Position numbers and translations under genes: made by a program. A DNA stretch of 64,000 nt. It comes from Mytilus edulis. Taxonomy: Eukaryota. Every line of letters starts with the position of its first letter. Position 1 is the stretch's first letter. The DNA lies in NCBI RefSeq assembly GCF_963676685.1, contig NC_092346.1, positions 73,284,001 to 73,348,000 on the forward strand, given 5' to 3'. This document shows positions 1-13,384 of the stretch, in pieces. Below the pieces are notes generated by a model that saw only the letters and a program-made list of their open reading frames with translations, had not been told where the DNA came from and made no database searches.

Positions 1-1031
1 CATGGTTCGTATCGGGGCCTTTTATAGCTGATTCACGGCCGACACTCGGCTAACCGAGAGTTTGGTCGGTTAATCTATATTGGGTATGCGGCTATATCGG
101 CGGTTGGTCTGTTAATCGGGTTGGCTAAAGTCTGTTAATCAGGTGTTATCGAGAAAATCATTGCAAGGTCATTATGTTTCATTGTATAACTTTTTAATTA
201 TATTTATATCATAAAAACTATTCATGTCTGACAAAACGATTTGGAGTACTGAATCCAGTGGTGTAATTATTTTTTGTCTAGCTTTAATAAACGATCTATA
301 AAATGAAAAGGCGAGTTACTCATCAGTAAATTTATACACATTTTACACACACAAAATGTACACAAAAATGACACGTTGGTTGAGTTTACTTGCATGCAAT
401 ATTTTGAACATCGAAAAAAGACAGGCATTATGTTTGTTTACCATATTAACATCAATATGTGAAAAATCTACACGAAAAACTGTATTTTTGGTGACATAAA
501 TCAATTTTTGATAAACGTGTGGTCTGTTAATGGGTCGGATGTATAAAACTCGGTCTGTTAATTGGTCTGTTAAGAGTTATGAATGACATTACAAGCATAA
601 TTTAATTGCTATATGGGGTGTTATCTGAATAAAGGGATAGACTCAAGATTAGTGGCTAGAATATATGGAAACAACACATGAACAATGAAACATAAGTTTA
701 GACAATGGAATCTGAAATTGATAGAAATGGTTTCAAAAAGTGTAATATCAAAGTAATATTAATTTCAAAAGACAATACTACCGGAAATAAACTCCTGGTA
801 GATACCAGGATTGAAATTTTATATTTACGCCTTATATTTACGCCAGACACGCGTTTTGTCTACGAAAAACTCATCAGTGACGAAAAAAATGTTTAAAAGG
901 CCAAATAAAAAACCGAAGTTGAAAAGCATTGAGGAAACACAACTAATACCGGCGTCACACATCAGCGTATAGCACTGGCGTGTTCAAAATCATTTACGCT
1001 GCCGATACGCTAGTAATTTTGGATGCATTTA

Positions 1032-1694
1032 GGTAGCACTCCACAGTTAGAAAATAAAATTAAAAATGAGCCACAAAATGTTTTATCATCTCCTATTCCT
1101 GGATTTCTAATACATTAACCTAACTGTTTGTGTTGTACATGTGCATATGTATGTAATCAGTATATTCCATAGATTTGATTTTCAAAAGTTAAAAGAGTGA
1201 AAATTAATTCCTTTTATGTGTATCCATGGCAACATTCTGCATTTATTTACCATAAAATATTGCAAAAAGGGGGGTTGACATGTCACATATCCCCCCAAAA
1301 TTTTGATCAAACTAGAATTTCAATGCCTTTGAGTGATACCTTTTTAGAAACTGTTTTCATAAATCTTCCTAATGATCAAATAAAAAATGGGTGTCTTTCG
1401 CCTCATTTTTTCGTAAAATCCAATCACAAAGTTCGTGCGATAAAAAGTTGGAAAAAAACATTGCAATAATTGCCGGACCAATGTATGGTAGGGACATGCA
1501 AATACGGACTGTCATACAGAAAACAGCCTATATTACATACATTACATAATCTTGATGTTCATTTAAACCCAATACAAAGGCTATTTTAATACTCAGCTAT
1601 CCAAAAATGAATTTTATTGCACACTAGCTCTTATATTTGAAAAATCCACAGGGGCCAAAATGCGAAACTACACACCTAACTGTGGAGTGCTACC
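1032..1694. mobile_element. Non-autonomous TIR element, Kolobok-like (GG..CC termini, TTAA-type target)
   Basis: Perfect 19-bp TIR ggtagcactccacagttag / ctaactgtggagtgctacc; flanks are ttta and ttaa. Confidence 0.65.
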
Positions 1695-1852
1695 TTAACC
1701 TGTCAATCATATTTGTAACGTGTGCAAAACGAGCTTTAAGCGTGTATTTGGCGTACTAGAAACGTATGTTGGCGTATGTTGTATGTTTTTTTATGCTGCA
1801 TACAAATTTCCTGGGATTGTAGCGTTCATCAAACGTATTTACTTTCCTTCAT

Positions 1853-2114
1853 TGGCTAGAGGAATAGGGGAGGGTTGATATCTCATAAACATGTTTATCC
1901 CCGCCGCAATTTTGCGCCTGTCCCAAGTCGGGAGCCTCTGGCCTTTGTTAGTCTTGTGTGATCTAGTATACATATTTTTTTAAGGGGCCAGCTGAAGGAC
2001 GCCTACGGGTGCGGGAGTTTCTCTCTACATTGAAGACCCATTGGTGGCCTTGGCCTGCTCTATGGTCGGGTTGTTGTCGCTTTGACACATTCCCCATTTC
2101 CTTTCTCAATTTTA
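1853..2114 (+). repeat. SINE-like interspersed repeat
   Basis: Shares segments (aacatgttta.ccccgcc, gtcccaagtc.ggagcct, ggtcgggttgttgtc.ctttgacacattccccatttcc) with copies at ~13790, 38735-38825, 38995-39075 and 39478-39577. Confidence 0.6.
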
Positions 2115-2159
2115 CCGTGGGGCTTTGTATTTCGACGTACTACAAACTTATGCCACGCG

Positions 2160-2317
2160 CAGGGGCGGATGCAGGAATTTTCGAAAGGGGGGGGCGCTAA
2201 CCCAGGGCACCCAGGGCAAAGGGGGGTGCAAAACATATGTCCCGATACAAATGCATTGATCGGCAAAAATAAAGGGGGGGTGCGCACCCCCGGAACCCCC
2301 CCCTGGATCCGCCACTG
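2160..2317. mobile_element. 158-bp GC-rich MITE with CAG(G/T)GGCGGAT(G/C)CAGG TIRs (hAT-like termini)
   Basis: caggggcggatgcagg ... cctggatccgccactg; ACGCG is duplicated at 2155-2159 and 2318-2322. Confidence 0.7.
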
Positions 2318-4500
2318 ACGCGCTTTGAACGATTGCTAAGCGTTCCTATGGCATGCAACTAACGTATACCGACTTTGTCAATTTTCTCTTTACGTTTGGT
2401 GCACGCCGGTCTTTACGCCAATGTGTGACGCCGGCATAAGGTAATCTATTCCTGATGTAGAAAAGCCTTAGTATTTCAAAGAAAACGCATGGAATTTAAC
2501 CAGCTGCATTGCAACACATGACAGATTCATAGATGTTACAGACTTTGAACAGACAAAAAAAATAAGGCTGATTGATAACTTGGCGTAAATAATAAATTCA
2601 TGCGAATTCGAGCGGCCAATCAGTCCATATAACGCTATATTGAAGTGACACACCCTTCAAGGAAATGCAAAGAAATAAAATTAAAATAAAAGTTCTCTTT
2701 CTATAAGGATACTGTTGCACCGTATTGTAATTTTTTCGTCACAAGTACATCTCATTTTTTTCAATGTGAAAATATAAACTAAAGGTAGTAAGACTATTGT
2801 CGTGGCTAAATAACTCTTAACTGACACGATTTAAATTGTCCAACCCATTAACAGACTGTATTCCCCTAATATTCATTAAAATGAGGTATTACTCAACTTA
2901 TATAACAATTATGAAATATTTATCAATGACAATTATTTTTTTAGAACCAAAGTACTATTTTGTGTCCTTTAAATCATATATAAAAATGTTTTTTAGCCTT
3001 TTATCCACTTGCGAGACGCCTTTTCGTTTTACTTAAAACTGCGCAGGCTATGCATTTTTTTTACTGTTGGAAAATGTTCTATGATAGATATCATTTTGTC
3101 AGACACTTTTCTTTTTTTGATGTGGTTCTCATAATATGGCAAAAATCTGTATATTTAACAGAGTTTAACATTAAATTGTGAGTTTTACTCTTAACAGACG
3201 TATAACCAACCCGATTAACAGACCAACCGCCGATATAGCCGCATACTCAATATAGATTAACCGACCAAACTCTCGGTTAGCCGAGTGTCGGCCGTGTGAT
3301 TATGCGGTATGGGCTTTGCTCATTGTTGAAGGCCTTACGATTACCTATAGTTGTTAATTTTTGTGTCATTTTGGTCTTTTCTGGATAGCTGTCTCATTGG
3401 CAATAATACCACATCTTTTTTATATATAGTATTTATAAGTTAGATGTAGAAAATGCATAACCTCCGATTTTTTTTTTATCACGGACGGAGAACATATCAA
3501 TCTTTTAGTTCAGAAATTTTCGTGTCTGCCCTTCCATTATGTGAATCAAGAAAAAATTCCCCAAAACAGGTAACGATTGTATCGAAGAGAAAAATCGAGT
3601 GCACCTTTTTATGTTAGGGCATGTTTGGGGTGTATATTTTGTCTTTAAAACGTACAAAGCAAGAGTATTTTACATAGCATCTCGCTTCAGATTCTATCAT
3701 TATTATATATCAAAGCTACAGGTTGATTTTATAACGTAAAAAATGACAGTACGAAAAGATGAAATATATGGGTCAATTGAGATACCTATCTAATGAATCA
3801 CAAAAACAGTGTAGGTGTGTTCGAAAAGCTATTTTTTCTAAAAGTACTTGACGACAGTCTTTTAATTTGGATGATGAAAATGTGAGTGTGATAACTAGGG
3901 TTTATAATCTTCAACCACTGAAAATGTTTAGTCTGCCCTTCCACGAAATATTTAATTAGAATTTTTTTAAATGCTTAAGAATTTTCAAAAATTCCATCTG
4001 ACATCAAAACAGACAATATTTTTAAGTTGAATCAATGCAGACAAGATCATTAACTAATGCTCATTAGCTAGTAGATACATTTGTATTTTAAAATATAACT
4101 GACATACAACGATCGATCGTAATGGTGCTATGTGGATAAATTTATCAGTTTTCAAGAGCAAAATTGGCAGAGCGTCATCCCTACAATGGCTTCCATTTCT
4201 ACGACTGTGAGCATGAACTGGCGTAATGGGGAGATAATTTTGAAGAAGTAGAATCCTGACTGTATGAATAACATTTCTGTATATATACAAATTGACAACG
4301 TTCCGCCTTGTGATACGCTTTTCGTACAATACTATTTTAAGGATCTACTTTGCTAGAGCTCACCTTCACTAGTTTATTCGAATGATATTTTCAAAATATT
4401 TCTGTTATTTTATTTGCACGAAAAAATGAAAGACGATATAATATCAATGGGTGTACATGCAATTTTTTGGCATTTTTAAAAATGTGTATTTATTATAAAT

Positions 4501-4584
4501 TTTTGTTTCTGGGATTCCTTTTAATGACATATGAATGCATATGAATGCATATGAATGTCATTAAAAGGAATCCCAGAAACAAAA
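4501..4584. repeat. Perfect 30-bp inverted repeat enclosing a tandem 10-mer (atgaatgcat)
   Basis: 4501-4530 is the exact reverse complement of 4555-4584. Confidence 0.85.
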
Positions 4585-4820
4585 CAAAAATCTTTTGTCG
4601 AGCAGTTGAAGGCTGTGCACCGCATGTCTTTTGGCAAATTCATTTTAAAAATTGAACCCTCTACTGTAAAAAAGATACATATGGTAATCTTTGCATTTGA
4701 AGCACGTCTTATTTTCTTCTACCTATAGGATAAAACTTTCATATTAATATGTGTATACCAACACGATTAATCATTTGATACAAAAAGATAGTTATATAAA
4801 TACGGATATTTCTTAGAATT

Positions 4821-5180
4821 GAGGGTCATCCTTTAAAAGTTACGGTCATCATTTACAAATTACGGTCATCTTAAAAGCAGTTACGGTCAGCCTTGTTATG
4901 AATCGCAGATTTTGTTACGGTCATCTCGATTGTGATTTACGGTCATCTTGGCGATTTTTTCAAATCGAATTTCCCGTTTCATGCACATTTCTCAGAAGTA
5001 ATTAGTGATTTCCGAGTGATTCTTTTATAAATTTACATCGTTTCGATGTATGATTTGTAAAGAAAATGATATAGAAACACTTTAACAGACAATACAGAAA
5101 CTGACCTAATTTTTCATCCGACATCTTGGGATGACCGTGAATGCAGTTACGGTCATCAGCTTTACCCCAGTGAACGGGGA
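4821..5180. repeat. Cluster of short TTACGGTCATC motifs, probably subterminal repeats of a decayed DNA transposon
   Basis: About 8 copies of (t)tacggtcatc with variable spacers, one of them inverted (gatgaccgt at ~5130). Confidence 0.5.
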
Positions 5181-5509
5181 ATACGGACGTATATTGTTTT
5201 TTTATATCTATAATCCTTGAGTGATTTAGTATTTGCATAATTGCATACATGTTATATTTGCAGGACTATACTGTTCTGTGTGTGATGGATTTTTGTTGTT
5301 GCAAGTTTAATTTCTTAAAAGTTTGATAAAAAGATGGAAACGATGGAAAATATTTTACACATATTGAAGAGTTGACCAATTACAAATATGTACTGAAAGC
5401 GTTATTGCTGCATCCATCAGTCGAATAAATAAAGATATTAAAGAATAAAAAAAAGAGTTAATGAGCTATTGTCTTTTTCCAATGAATCAACATTTTCACT
5501 GTGTTATTT

Positions 5510-5521
5510 TCAGTAGCCACC
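5510..5521 (-). CDS. Terminal coding micro-exon (Gly-Gly-Tyr-stop) of secreted Gly-rich protein gene 1
   Basis: Minus strand reads tattttcag|GGT GGC TAC TGA. Phase 0 matches the donor after ...CCT AAG|gtgagt at 6950. Same layout as the last exon of gene 2. Confidence 0.7.
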   Translation of the reverse strand, partial: GGY

Positions 5522-5722
5522 CTGAAAATAGATTGAATAAATAAATTGTATATAATTCGAGTATGAATAGAAGTTTAGTATATGTGGATTATGAAAAATT
5601 ATTATAGTTCATAGATACATGTACAAGGACCATAGAGAAACAATGGATTTTAATTAAAATGGAAAGATAAAACAACCGTACTTGCATCACCCCGTATTTG
5701 TCTTTAGTTATTGTACTATTTA

Positions 5723-6165
5723 GAATGAAATTCGAAACAGTGTGGCTGTGGCCATTGATTGACGCATTAAATTCATCCATTGACTGGGACAATTTACGTG
5801 AACGTTTGTCTGTAACGACCACTGTTCACGACGTACCTACGATAGACATTTAAACTGTGGGGTCACCAAAGGTTTCTTAACGCCTTTAATTATAAAATAA
5901 TTCGAAAAATTAATCAGGAATAACCTTTATGTTTTGATTTATATAATTGATATAAATCAAAACATCGTGTTATTTCTGATTAATTTTTCGAATTACTTTA
6001 TTAAGGTGTTGAGAACCTTTGGTGACCCCATAGTTTAAGTGTCTTTAAAAAGTACATAGTGAGCAGTGGTCGTTACATACAAACGTTCACTTAAATTGTC
6101 CCAGTCAATGGATGAATTTAATGTGTCAATCAATGGCCACAGCCACACTGTTTCGAATTTCATTC
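5723..6165. mobile_element. ~445-bp foldback MITE, copy 1 (TA target duplication)
   Basis: gaatgaaattcgaaacagtgtggctgtggcc...ggccacagccacactgtttcgaatttcattc is near-palindromic over its whole length, with TA on both sides. It lies in the last intron of gene 1 and is inverted relative to copies 2 and 3. Confidence 0.9.
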
Positions 6166-6949
6166 TATATCTTAAATTTGAAAATAAGTAATCATAAGAC
6201 CATTACAAGAATGCCTATATATATGACAAAAGTTACATGTACTGCTAATATCACGAACAACAAACACATAAACAGCGTAACATTCCCTGTGTAAATGTTA
6301 TTCTTTACATCCACTTCATTTGAACTCTGGTGGATAGTTATCTCATTGGCAATCATACTACATCTTCTTATTTCGATATAAATGTAGGACATTCAATGTA
6401 AAAGTCTCTGGGAAAATGACATTTAATCATTTCAAAGACATGTTAGACCGAAAACAATGGTCATTTTTATTCTTTGAATTTTTAAACGGTGTTAACAATT
6501 TTAGTAGCGTGAAGTCAAACAAGACGTTAATTTCAAAACCAAAACTGAAACTTTAAAGTAAAACAGTTGGATAGATGGATATCTGTTTAACGTCTAGTAA
6601 CAAATTAATAGCATATTCAGTTTTAGAACATGTTAGTGTGATATGAGCTCTGCTTTGTACTAGAAGACAGACTCGCTGAGGCGGTTTTATTTTTGCAGGA
6701 AGACATGACAGTCATACTAACCGGACACATTCTGACTCTGGGCCGAACAAATCTTTGCTCTTACTGCATAATACCATATGCTTCCCGGATAAGCACCAAA
6801 TACCAATTCACAGTTTTTGGTGTAACCTGGCTGGTAATAATTGATAATATTCTGTTCTATTTCTCAGCTTTTTTTTTTGCATTTTTCTCGGATACGGCAC
6901 TTTTTCTCTCACTATTGTATAAATTTATCAAATTCTTAATTTAACTCAC

Positions 6950-7762
6950 CTTAGGTAGCTTTTGTCCGTACTTCGTTCTTTTGCTGTATGGCTTTCTATT
7001 TTTCTCGCGACGTGACCTGCCATTATATCTATCATAAATCACATTTCTTGACCTATTATTTCTGCCTTGGCGACGATTATTAGATCTGCGCATGGGTGCA
7101 ACTCTCCCATTGGTTCCTCTATTAGCCATGTTGCCCATTCTTCCAACTCGGGGTGTATTAGGTGCGACCATATTAGCTGATCCTGATAATCTAATCCCGC
7201 CTCCACCACCAGCCATATTGCCCGATAATCTAACACTACCTCCACCACCAGCCATATTGCCCGATAATCCAACACTACCTCCACCACCAGCCATATTGCC
7301 CGATAATCCAACACTACCTCCACCACCAGCCATATTGCCCATATTACCAACCGGCCGGGAGGCACCAGATCTAATTATACCAGCCGCTCCCCTAGCCATG
7401 TTGTTCATTGGGTTACCCCTCTCTTCTGCTTTTACATAATCCTCTACGGGCTGATCTGGATCTACTGGAGCCATCGGATCAGGACTATTTGCCCTTGGTG
7501 TATAGGCTTGATCTCCAAACATCGGATCTGAAACACTGACTGTGTTAGGAGCTGGTCCTTCAGCAGCCATGCTATTCACAGAAGCATCAAAACCACCAGC
7601 AAAACCACCAGCAGAACGAGCCCTTTCAACAGCTCTATTTACAAAAGGATCAACAGCGCGATACTGATTATCAAAAGAGACACTCTCCCTTCCAACATTG
7701 TTGCCTCCTTGAGATCTAGCTGTTGTGATACAGAAGGAAACGACTACTATAAGAAGCTTCAT
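6950..7762 (-). CDS. Main coding exon of gene 1: secreted Gly/Asn/Met-rich low-complexity protein with Arg/Lys/Tyr-rich tail (~274 aa; putative shell, ligament or byssus matrix protein)
   Basis: 271-codon exon. N-terminal signal peptide MKLLIVVVSFCITTARS, four tandem 13-aa GNMAGGGGSV(G/R)LS-type repeats and a basic tail ...RKPYSKRTKYGQKLPK. Acceptor tacag lies directly before the ATG; donor gtgagt at 6949-6944. Confidence 0.85.
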
Positions 7763-10423
7763 CTGTAATACATAAATACATAATTGATTTCTAGTAAAAT
7801 TACGACCAAAAAGATCATATGCATTACCAGGAGGTCATAATTCTTCAATTATGCATGGTCCAACGAGATTTTGAGATGTTGCAATCTTGAATTCGGTGTT
7901 AAGCGTCTTTTTACAAATCTTAATATATAGTATTTTTAAGAAATATTAAAAAATATTATAACAAATATATATGTAAGTATGGAATAAACAATGATTGTCC
8001 ATTTTTTAGATAACTCAATAAAAAAAAGATATTGACTAGTTGGTTGTAACTATTAAGACTTTGAAAAAAATGCATGACGTATTTGCGATTTCACTTTTTC
8101 ATATGTCGTTTTATATACTTGAAGGTATAGAACCACTAATTCAGGCCTAGTCAGAAAGAACTTACAAGAAAGTAGTACATGTTTTAAAATAGTTCCTACG
8201 TATAGCTGTATCTCTGTCAATAGGGGGGATATTTGAGTAGTTTTTGTATCAAAAGAAATCTTGGAGACTTGGATAGCTGTAGAACCGTATTGAAATTTTT
8301 ATTTGAATAATAAAGAAGTATATGAAATTTGAATAGAAGGACACATTTGGCATGTTGTTCAGATCAGAAATTCCTGTTTTTGTTTTTGATAAGGTACAGT
8401 TTTGACATGAAATAACTGCCACTTTATTTAAACTTAAGACAAAGAAGCCATTATTGCTTGAGATCGAGATTTTAACATAGAAAGCTATGGGCTATGAGTT
8501 AGTGGTTTTATACCTTATTGAAACACATTTTTTATCTTCAAATAATTTCTTAATATTTGGAGCCAAAAATGACGTTTACCGAACTTACTTGGTTAATTAT
8601 TCAAATATAAAAGTGATTGTGCAATAAAATTATCTAATACATAGCCGATTGATAAATAATCAAATATATAGACAATGAATAAAGCCTCCAAAGTAAGTTT
8701 ATATGAACCTCAATATTGTTTGTTGCATTTTTTATATTTTACAATCCGTATTTCAAGTTAAGTTTCCGACAGTATTTAATTTGGAATGTTGCGTGCACGA
8801 ACTTTTCGATGTGATTTTATGGAAAATATAGTTAAATGCTTATTGATTAATCTCTTTATTTATGATTGTCAGTTGCTTCAGAATAGGTATCACTCTTTTG
8901 GACAAAATGTTGGGTACTGTTAACAGTTTCACACCCATAATGGGATTACTGCAATATTTTGTAAATGCAAATTTTTACTACGGTTATTCCAAAAACAGTG
9001 ACAATATTTCCCAATTTGAACTATAATAGGAAACGAAATCTTCGGACGATGATATACATATCTGAGTTTTCTCATTGGAACTCATACAATTTTTGTACCA
9101 CATCTTCTTATCTATATATTTACCCATACTTGACACAAACAGTAAGCTTTATTAAGTAATATTAAGTATATAACATTTATGACTGTTAGTTTAAAGTATT
9201 ATTTCTATCTGTGTATTGCTACCTAAAAATGTTTACAAAATGTTAAAGTAATCGAAATACTGTGGTGTTTGTCTGCCCTAGGCTTAATGCTCTTTAACTT
9301 CATATTTGAATCGGCCTTCAAAATATTTTCATTCGAGTCGCACTAATGAATGATAAGGTGTATACGAAACACAAGTCTGACATATCAAATTATAAGCTAA
9401 GTATCTTTTATGAGTTTTTGTTTTTTATTTAACCTGGTTTCAATAAATTTGATTAATTATCTCCGACTTCCTTATGTTCTTTCCTCTAGTGTGCAAAGTA
9501 TTGGTTATATGTGTTATGTGTTATTTTTCGTGCATAGATACTGTGAAATAACAGGTGATCAAACACACTTGATTCGCACCTGTCATTTCATGTCATTTCA
9601 CATTGATATTTAGTAACATGATTACTGATACCTAAAAAATCTTTTAAATTAAAATACCGCTTTATAAATTTAAATGAGAAATATCTAGCCTCTAAAATGA
9701 ATGTGGCAAAATTAGTGTGAAATTAAGCGTTACCTTTGTAGTTACAAAAAAATTTATATTATTATCGAAAACCATATAAAGACCAACAATTTTTTTTTGT
9801 AGACGATTTGATCGAAATTTAGACAGTGACAATGTTTCACCCGCCACATTAATTATAGTAGGTGTTTGTCCGAAGTCAGTAGGTTTTTCGTTTATCGTTA
9901 TATCTAGTACATAAATCAGGCCGTTGATTTTCTTGTTTTATTTGCACGATTTTTTTCATGACTGGTCTTTTATAGCTTACTAGGCGGTTTTGGTTTTGCT
10001 CATTGTGGAAGACTGTACGATGACCTACAGTGGCTAACATTTGCGTCATTCGTTCTCTGGATAGCTGTCTCATTTGCAATCATACCATATCTTCTTATTT
10101 TACATTCATTATTGTGCTCATATTTTTTTCTCTCTTCACTGCATCTATAAATTCAGTATCAAAACCCATCAAGCATTATTGATTGTAATGAACTCATTTG
10201 AAAAATACAAATTTAATAGAAGAAAGAAAGGACACTGTTGTAAGCAAATAAGAGCGGTACGAATTAAACATCATGTTAATACATAGTTTCTGATAAAAAA
10301 TATTAAAATAAAATATGTGGTGAATCGAAACAATAATTGTGGATTCGAATATTTTGTAAACTTTTGCAAAATTTGTTTATTATTATTTAACGAATTAAAT
10401 CAAAAGCAGAAATAAAAACTTAC

Positions 10424-10504
10424 AGTTTGTGCAGTGCTGTATTTTAAAAATTTGTACCATGAAATCACACTTTTGCAGAAAGGTACGTTGATGAATCATT
10501 TATA
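10424..10504 (-). promoter_or_regulatory. Candidate TATA box and non-coding first exon of gene 1
   Basis: Minus-strand TATAAAT at 10504-10498 and a gtaagt donor at 10423-10418. The acceptor directly before the gene 1 ATG implies an upstream non-coding exon, but other donors are possible. Confidence 0.35.
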
Positions 10505-12940
10505 CAATAATAAGTTTTTAAATCGTGATAAAAATATAAATGATACGAAAACAATGTTATTAATTCTTGTCAATCATATATTTATTACAAAACAAACACA
10601 TAAATTGAAAGTTTATTTGAGGAATATTAAAACTCAAAAATTATAGCGAAGACAAATGTCGCATATCTAAAACTTGTTAATGACTGTACTATGTGCATAA
10701 AACTAAAAGTATTTAGTTATTCCTTTTAATAGTTTCAAGATAATTGTATTGGTAAAAAGGAAAGAATGAAGATAAAAAACTGTTTTCTTGTTACATAATC
10801 ACATGTAAATATAATGAAAGCACAAAGATGAATTAATGGTATACTAAAAGTTTGATGATAACTGACAGGAACCTCAAACAGAATAATTACATTGAACATA
10901 CTAAATGACGTTTGTATACTTGTCTGATAAATAGATTATATCAGATGGCTCTTCACAATATCAAATCCGAATCAACCGAAAACACCGATTGAATCTCAAA
11001 AGCTAACCAAGGCCGTATATGAAACACTTTTTAAGGTCTGATAACGTGTGTAATATTTGCAGACACTGATCAATCATTGTGTCGGAATTAATTCTATTTT
11101 TTTTTTAAATAGTGTAGTACGTAGACATTGTGGTGACATCATCACCGTGGAAACTTTTTATGTTTAAGCTTTGTAAAATTTGACACGTAAAAAACTTATG
11201 TCGGTAATAAATTTTAATTGTTGGAATACTCAGTAGTTGTTCGAAGTCGCAGAGAGTCTATCGGCATATAGTATATCAATGGAAATGTTGGAATGATATA
11301 CATCTATGAAATAGAAATCTAAAGGAAAGGAATTTAAAGATACAGAGATCATTAAATATGCAAACGCTAAATATAGACTGGTGTCTATACAACAAAGCGA
11401 ACGCATTGGAAACTAATCTCAAAGGTTAAGAGATTCCAAAAGGAACAATGCCGCACAAAAAAAACGTCTTTTGTGTCTTAAAAACATATACTTTTGAAAT
11501 TTTTCCATGTGAAGCTTAAATATGCAAAGTTGTAAAAGGACAATTATTACTGTTAATATAAGAATTATTTAAAGTATAATTTCCTTTGGTTATATTTACG
11601 TGGTATAATTAAAGAATTCTTGTTTGTCTTATTAATAAGCAAACATGGCTTCAAGACTACGGTGTGCTATTAAATCATCAATTTAGACTGATATTTTAGT
11701 TATTGAATTTTGCCATACACTTTACTGACTTTGGACATGCACATTCAGAGTGTGGAGAGGTTATACATGTTTGAAGGAGGACAACCCCCTTAACCTAGGA
11801 CTCTCACTTAACAGCACAGTATAAGAACAAAAAAAAAAAAAAAATCAAATGAAGATGGTTTTACTCATTGTTCGAAAAAGCATAAGAATTAACTAACTAA
11901 AAAATAAAGACAAGAAGTACAGACCTGTGAGTTTTCGCAGTTACACGTACTTAAAGCAAATTCAGAGATAATAAAATCGCATATCTAAGTCTTAGATATC
12001 AACCAGTACACACATCCAACTTACATTATGGTATTTCAAATGCAGTTTTTTTTTCTTCTCCTTAAAATGGGCTTACCACTAACCCGCTTATTAATTTCTA
12101 AATAATTTTCCACAATATAGGATGCAGAATAAAACAGAAAATGTGTCAAAGAGACAACAACCCGAACAATAAGTCTAGATTAGTAGTGGGGATGATGGTG
12201 CTCACGTTAAACTGGTTTAATGGTATCAAGTTAATAGTTGATGAAAACAACTGGAAGATGCAAACAGCATGAAAAAAAAATAATCGTGGTATCCTTCTCT
12301 CTCCATATCAGTAGAATGAATACAACCACTTCATTAACAGTTGAACAAGACACTATAGTCGCAATGGGCAATGACAATTTTTCTTTTGTTTTAATTTGGA
12401 AAGAGATAGTTTCAGATGTTTTCATCAATATTTCAAAATATTTGTCCATATTTAATATATTCTAGATCTTTTAACTATAATCTTACAATAACAATAGTAG
12501 TTTTTACGTATTTTCCACCAGGGAGGTAAGATCCTATTTTCAAATATCGCACCACTGCGCATTCCTCTCGCGTAATGAATGTACCCCGTTTCCATCAACT
12601 GATAAAAAACAAACTTTTTCATTTCTTTTTGTATTTTGTGTATGAAATCAAACAGCTATTCAGAAATTTAAATTATAAATTCGTAGTGGCTTCAATTTTC
12701 GTAACATGATTATAAGATGTGATACGATTGTCAATGAGACTAACTTTTAAATAGAGACAAAAATAAGAAGAGGTGATGTTCATTTCTGATGACAGAATTA
12801 AATGTCTGACGTAAGTTCGGCTCAACGTGTCATAAAGTAGACTCATTCTGCATTATATGTAAACCCGAAGTTCGAAAGGTGTTCATGTTTAGACAGGTAC
12901 AAACGTCGATTGATCTTGCATATGACTATTACATTTGTTA

Positions 12941-13384
12941 GAATGAAATTCAAAACAGTGTGGCTGTGGCCATTGATTGACACATTAAATTCATCCATTG
13001 ACTGGGACAATTTAGGTTAACGTTTGTATGTAACGACCATTGCTCACTGTGTACTTTTTAAAGACACTTAAACTATGGGGTCACCAAAGGTCCTCAACAC
13101 CTTAATAAAGTATTTCGAAAAATTAATCAGGAATAACACGATGTTTTGATTTATATCAATTGTATAAATCAAAACATAAAGGTTATTCCTGATTAATTTT
13201 TCGAATTATTTTATATTTAAAGGCGTTAAGAAACCTTTGGTGACTCCACAGTTTTAAATGTCTATCGTAGGTACGTCGTGAACAGTGGTCGTTACAGACA
13301 CACGTTCACGTAAATTATCCCAGTCAATGGATGAATTTAATGTGTCAATCAATGGCCACAGCCACACTGTTTTGAATTTCATTC
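12941..13384. mobile_element. ~445-bp foldback MITE, copy 2
   Basis: Same sequence as 5723-6165 in the opposite orientation; TA at 12939-12940 and 13385-13386. Confidence 0.9.

Larger units (their letters stand above)
947..2436. mobile_element. Non-autonomous PIF/Harbinger-like element (TAA TSD)
   Basis: TIRs t(a/g)ccggcgtcacacat... at 947 and ...atgtgtgacgccggca ending at 2436. TAA at 944-946 and 2437-2439. The empty site caac-TAA-ggtaatctattcc matches the host repeat (cf. cggctaaggtaatctat at ~49226). Confidence 0.7.
786..2480 (-). mobile_element. Degenerate hammerhead-bearing repeat (retrozyme family) fragment, split by the 947-2436 insertion
   Basis: 841-882 is the reverse complement of cgtcaCTGATGAgtttttcgtagacAAAAcgcgtGTCtggcg (core GAAA mutated). 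The family sequence resumes at 2440 (ggtaatctattcctg). Confidence 0.65.
34..3296. mobile_element. Non-autonomous TIR DNA transposon, Transib-like (CAC...GTG termini, 5-bp TSD), carrying nested insertions
   Basis: 91-bp TIRs (34-124 vs 3206-3296, one mismatch) begin CACGGCCGACAC. TGATT is duplicated at 29-33 and 3297-3301. Removing the element rejoins the SINE-like host (...tttatagc-tgatt-atgcggtatgggctttgc...), which is seen intact near 13965-13998. Confidence 0.8.

Noticed and set aside
4821-5180. CRISPR-like look of ttacggtcatc motifs with variable spacers (also 63170-63255)
   Set aside because: Repeats are only 11-13 bp with irregular spacing, there are no cas genes and the context is eukaryotic; better explained as transposon subterminal repeats.
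7039-7439. Pro-rich plus-strand ORF 7092-7439 and alternative-frame ORF 7039-7365
   Set aside because: Antisense or shifted readings of the 39-bp repeats of gene 1.
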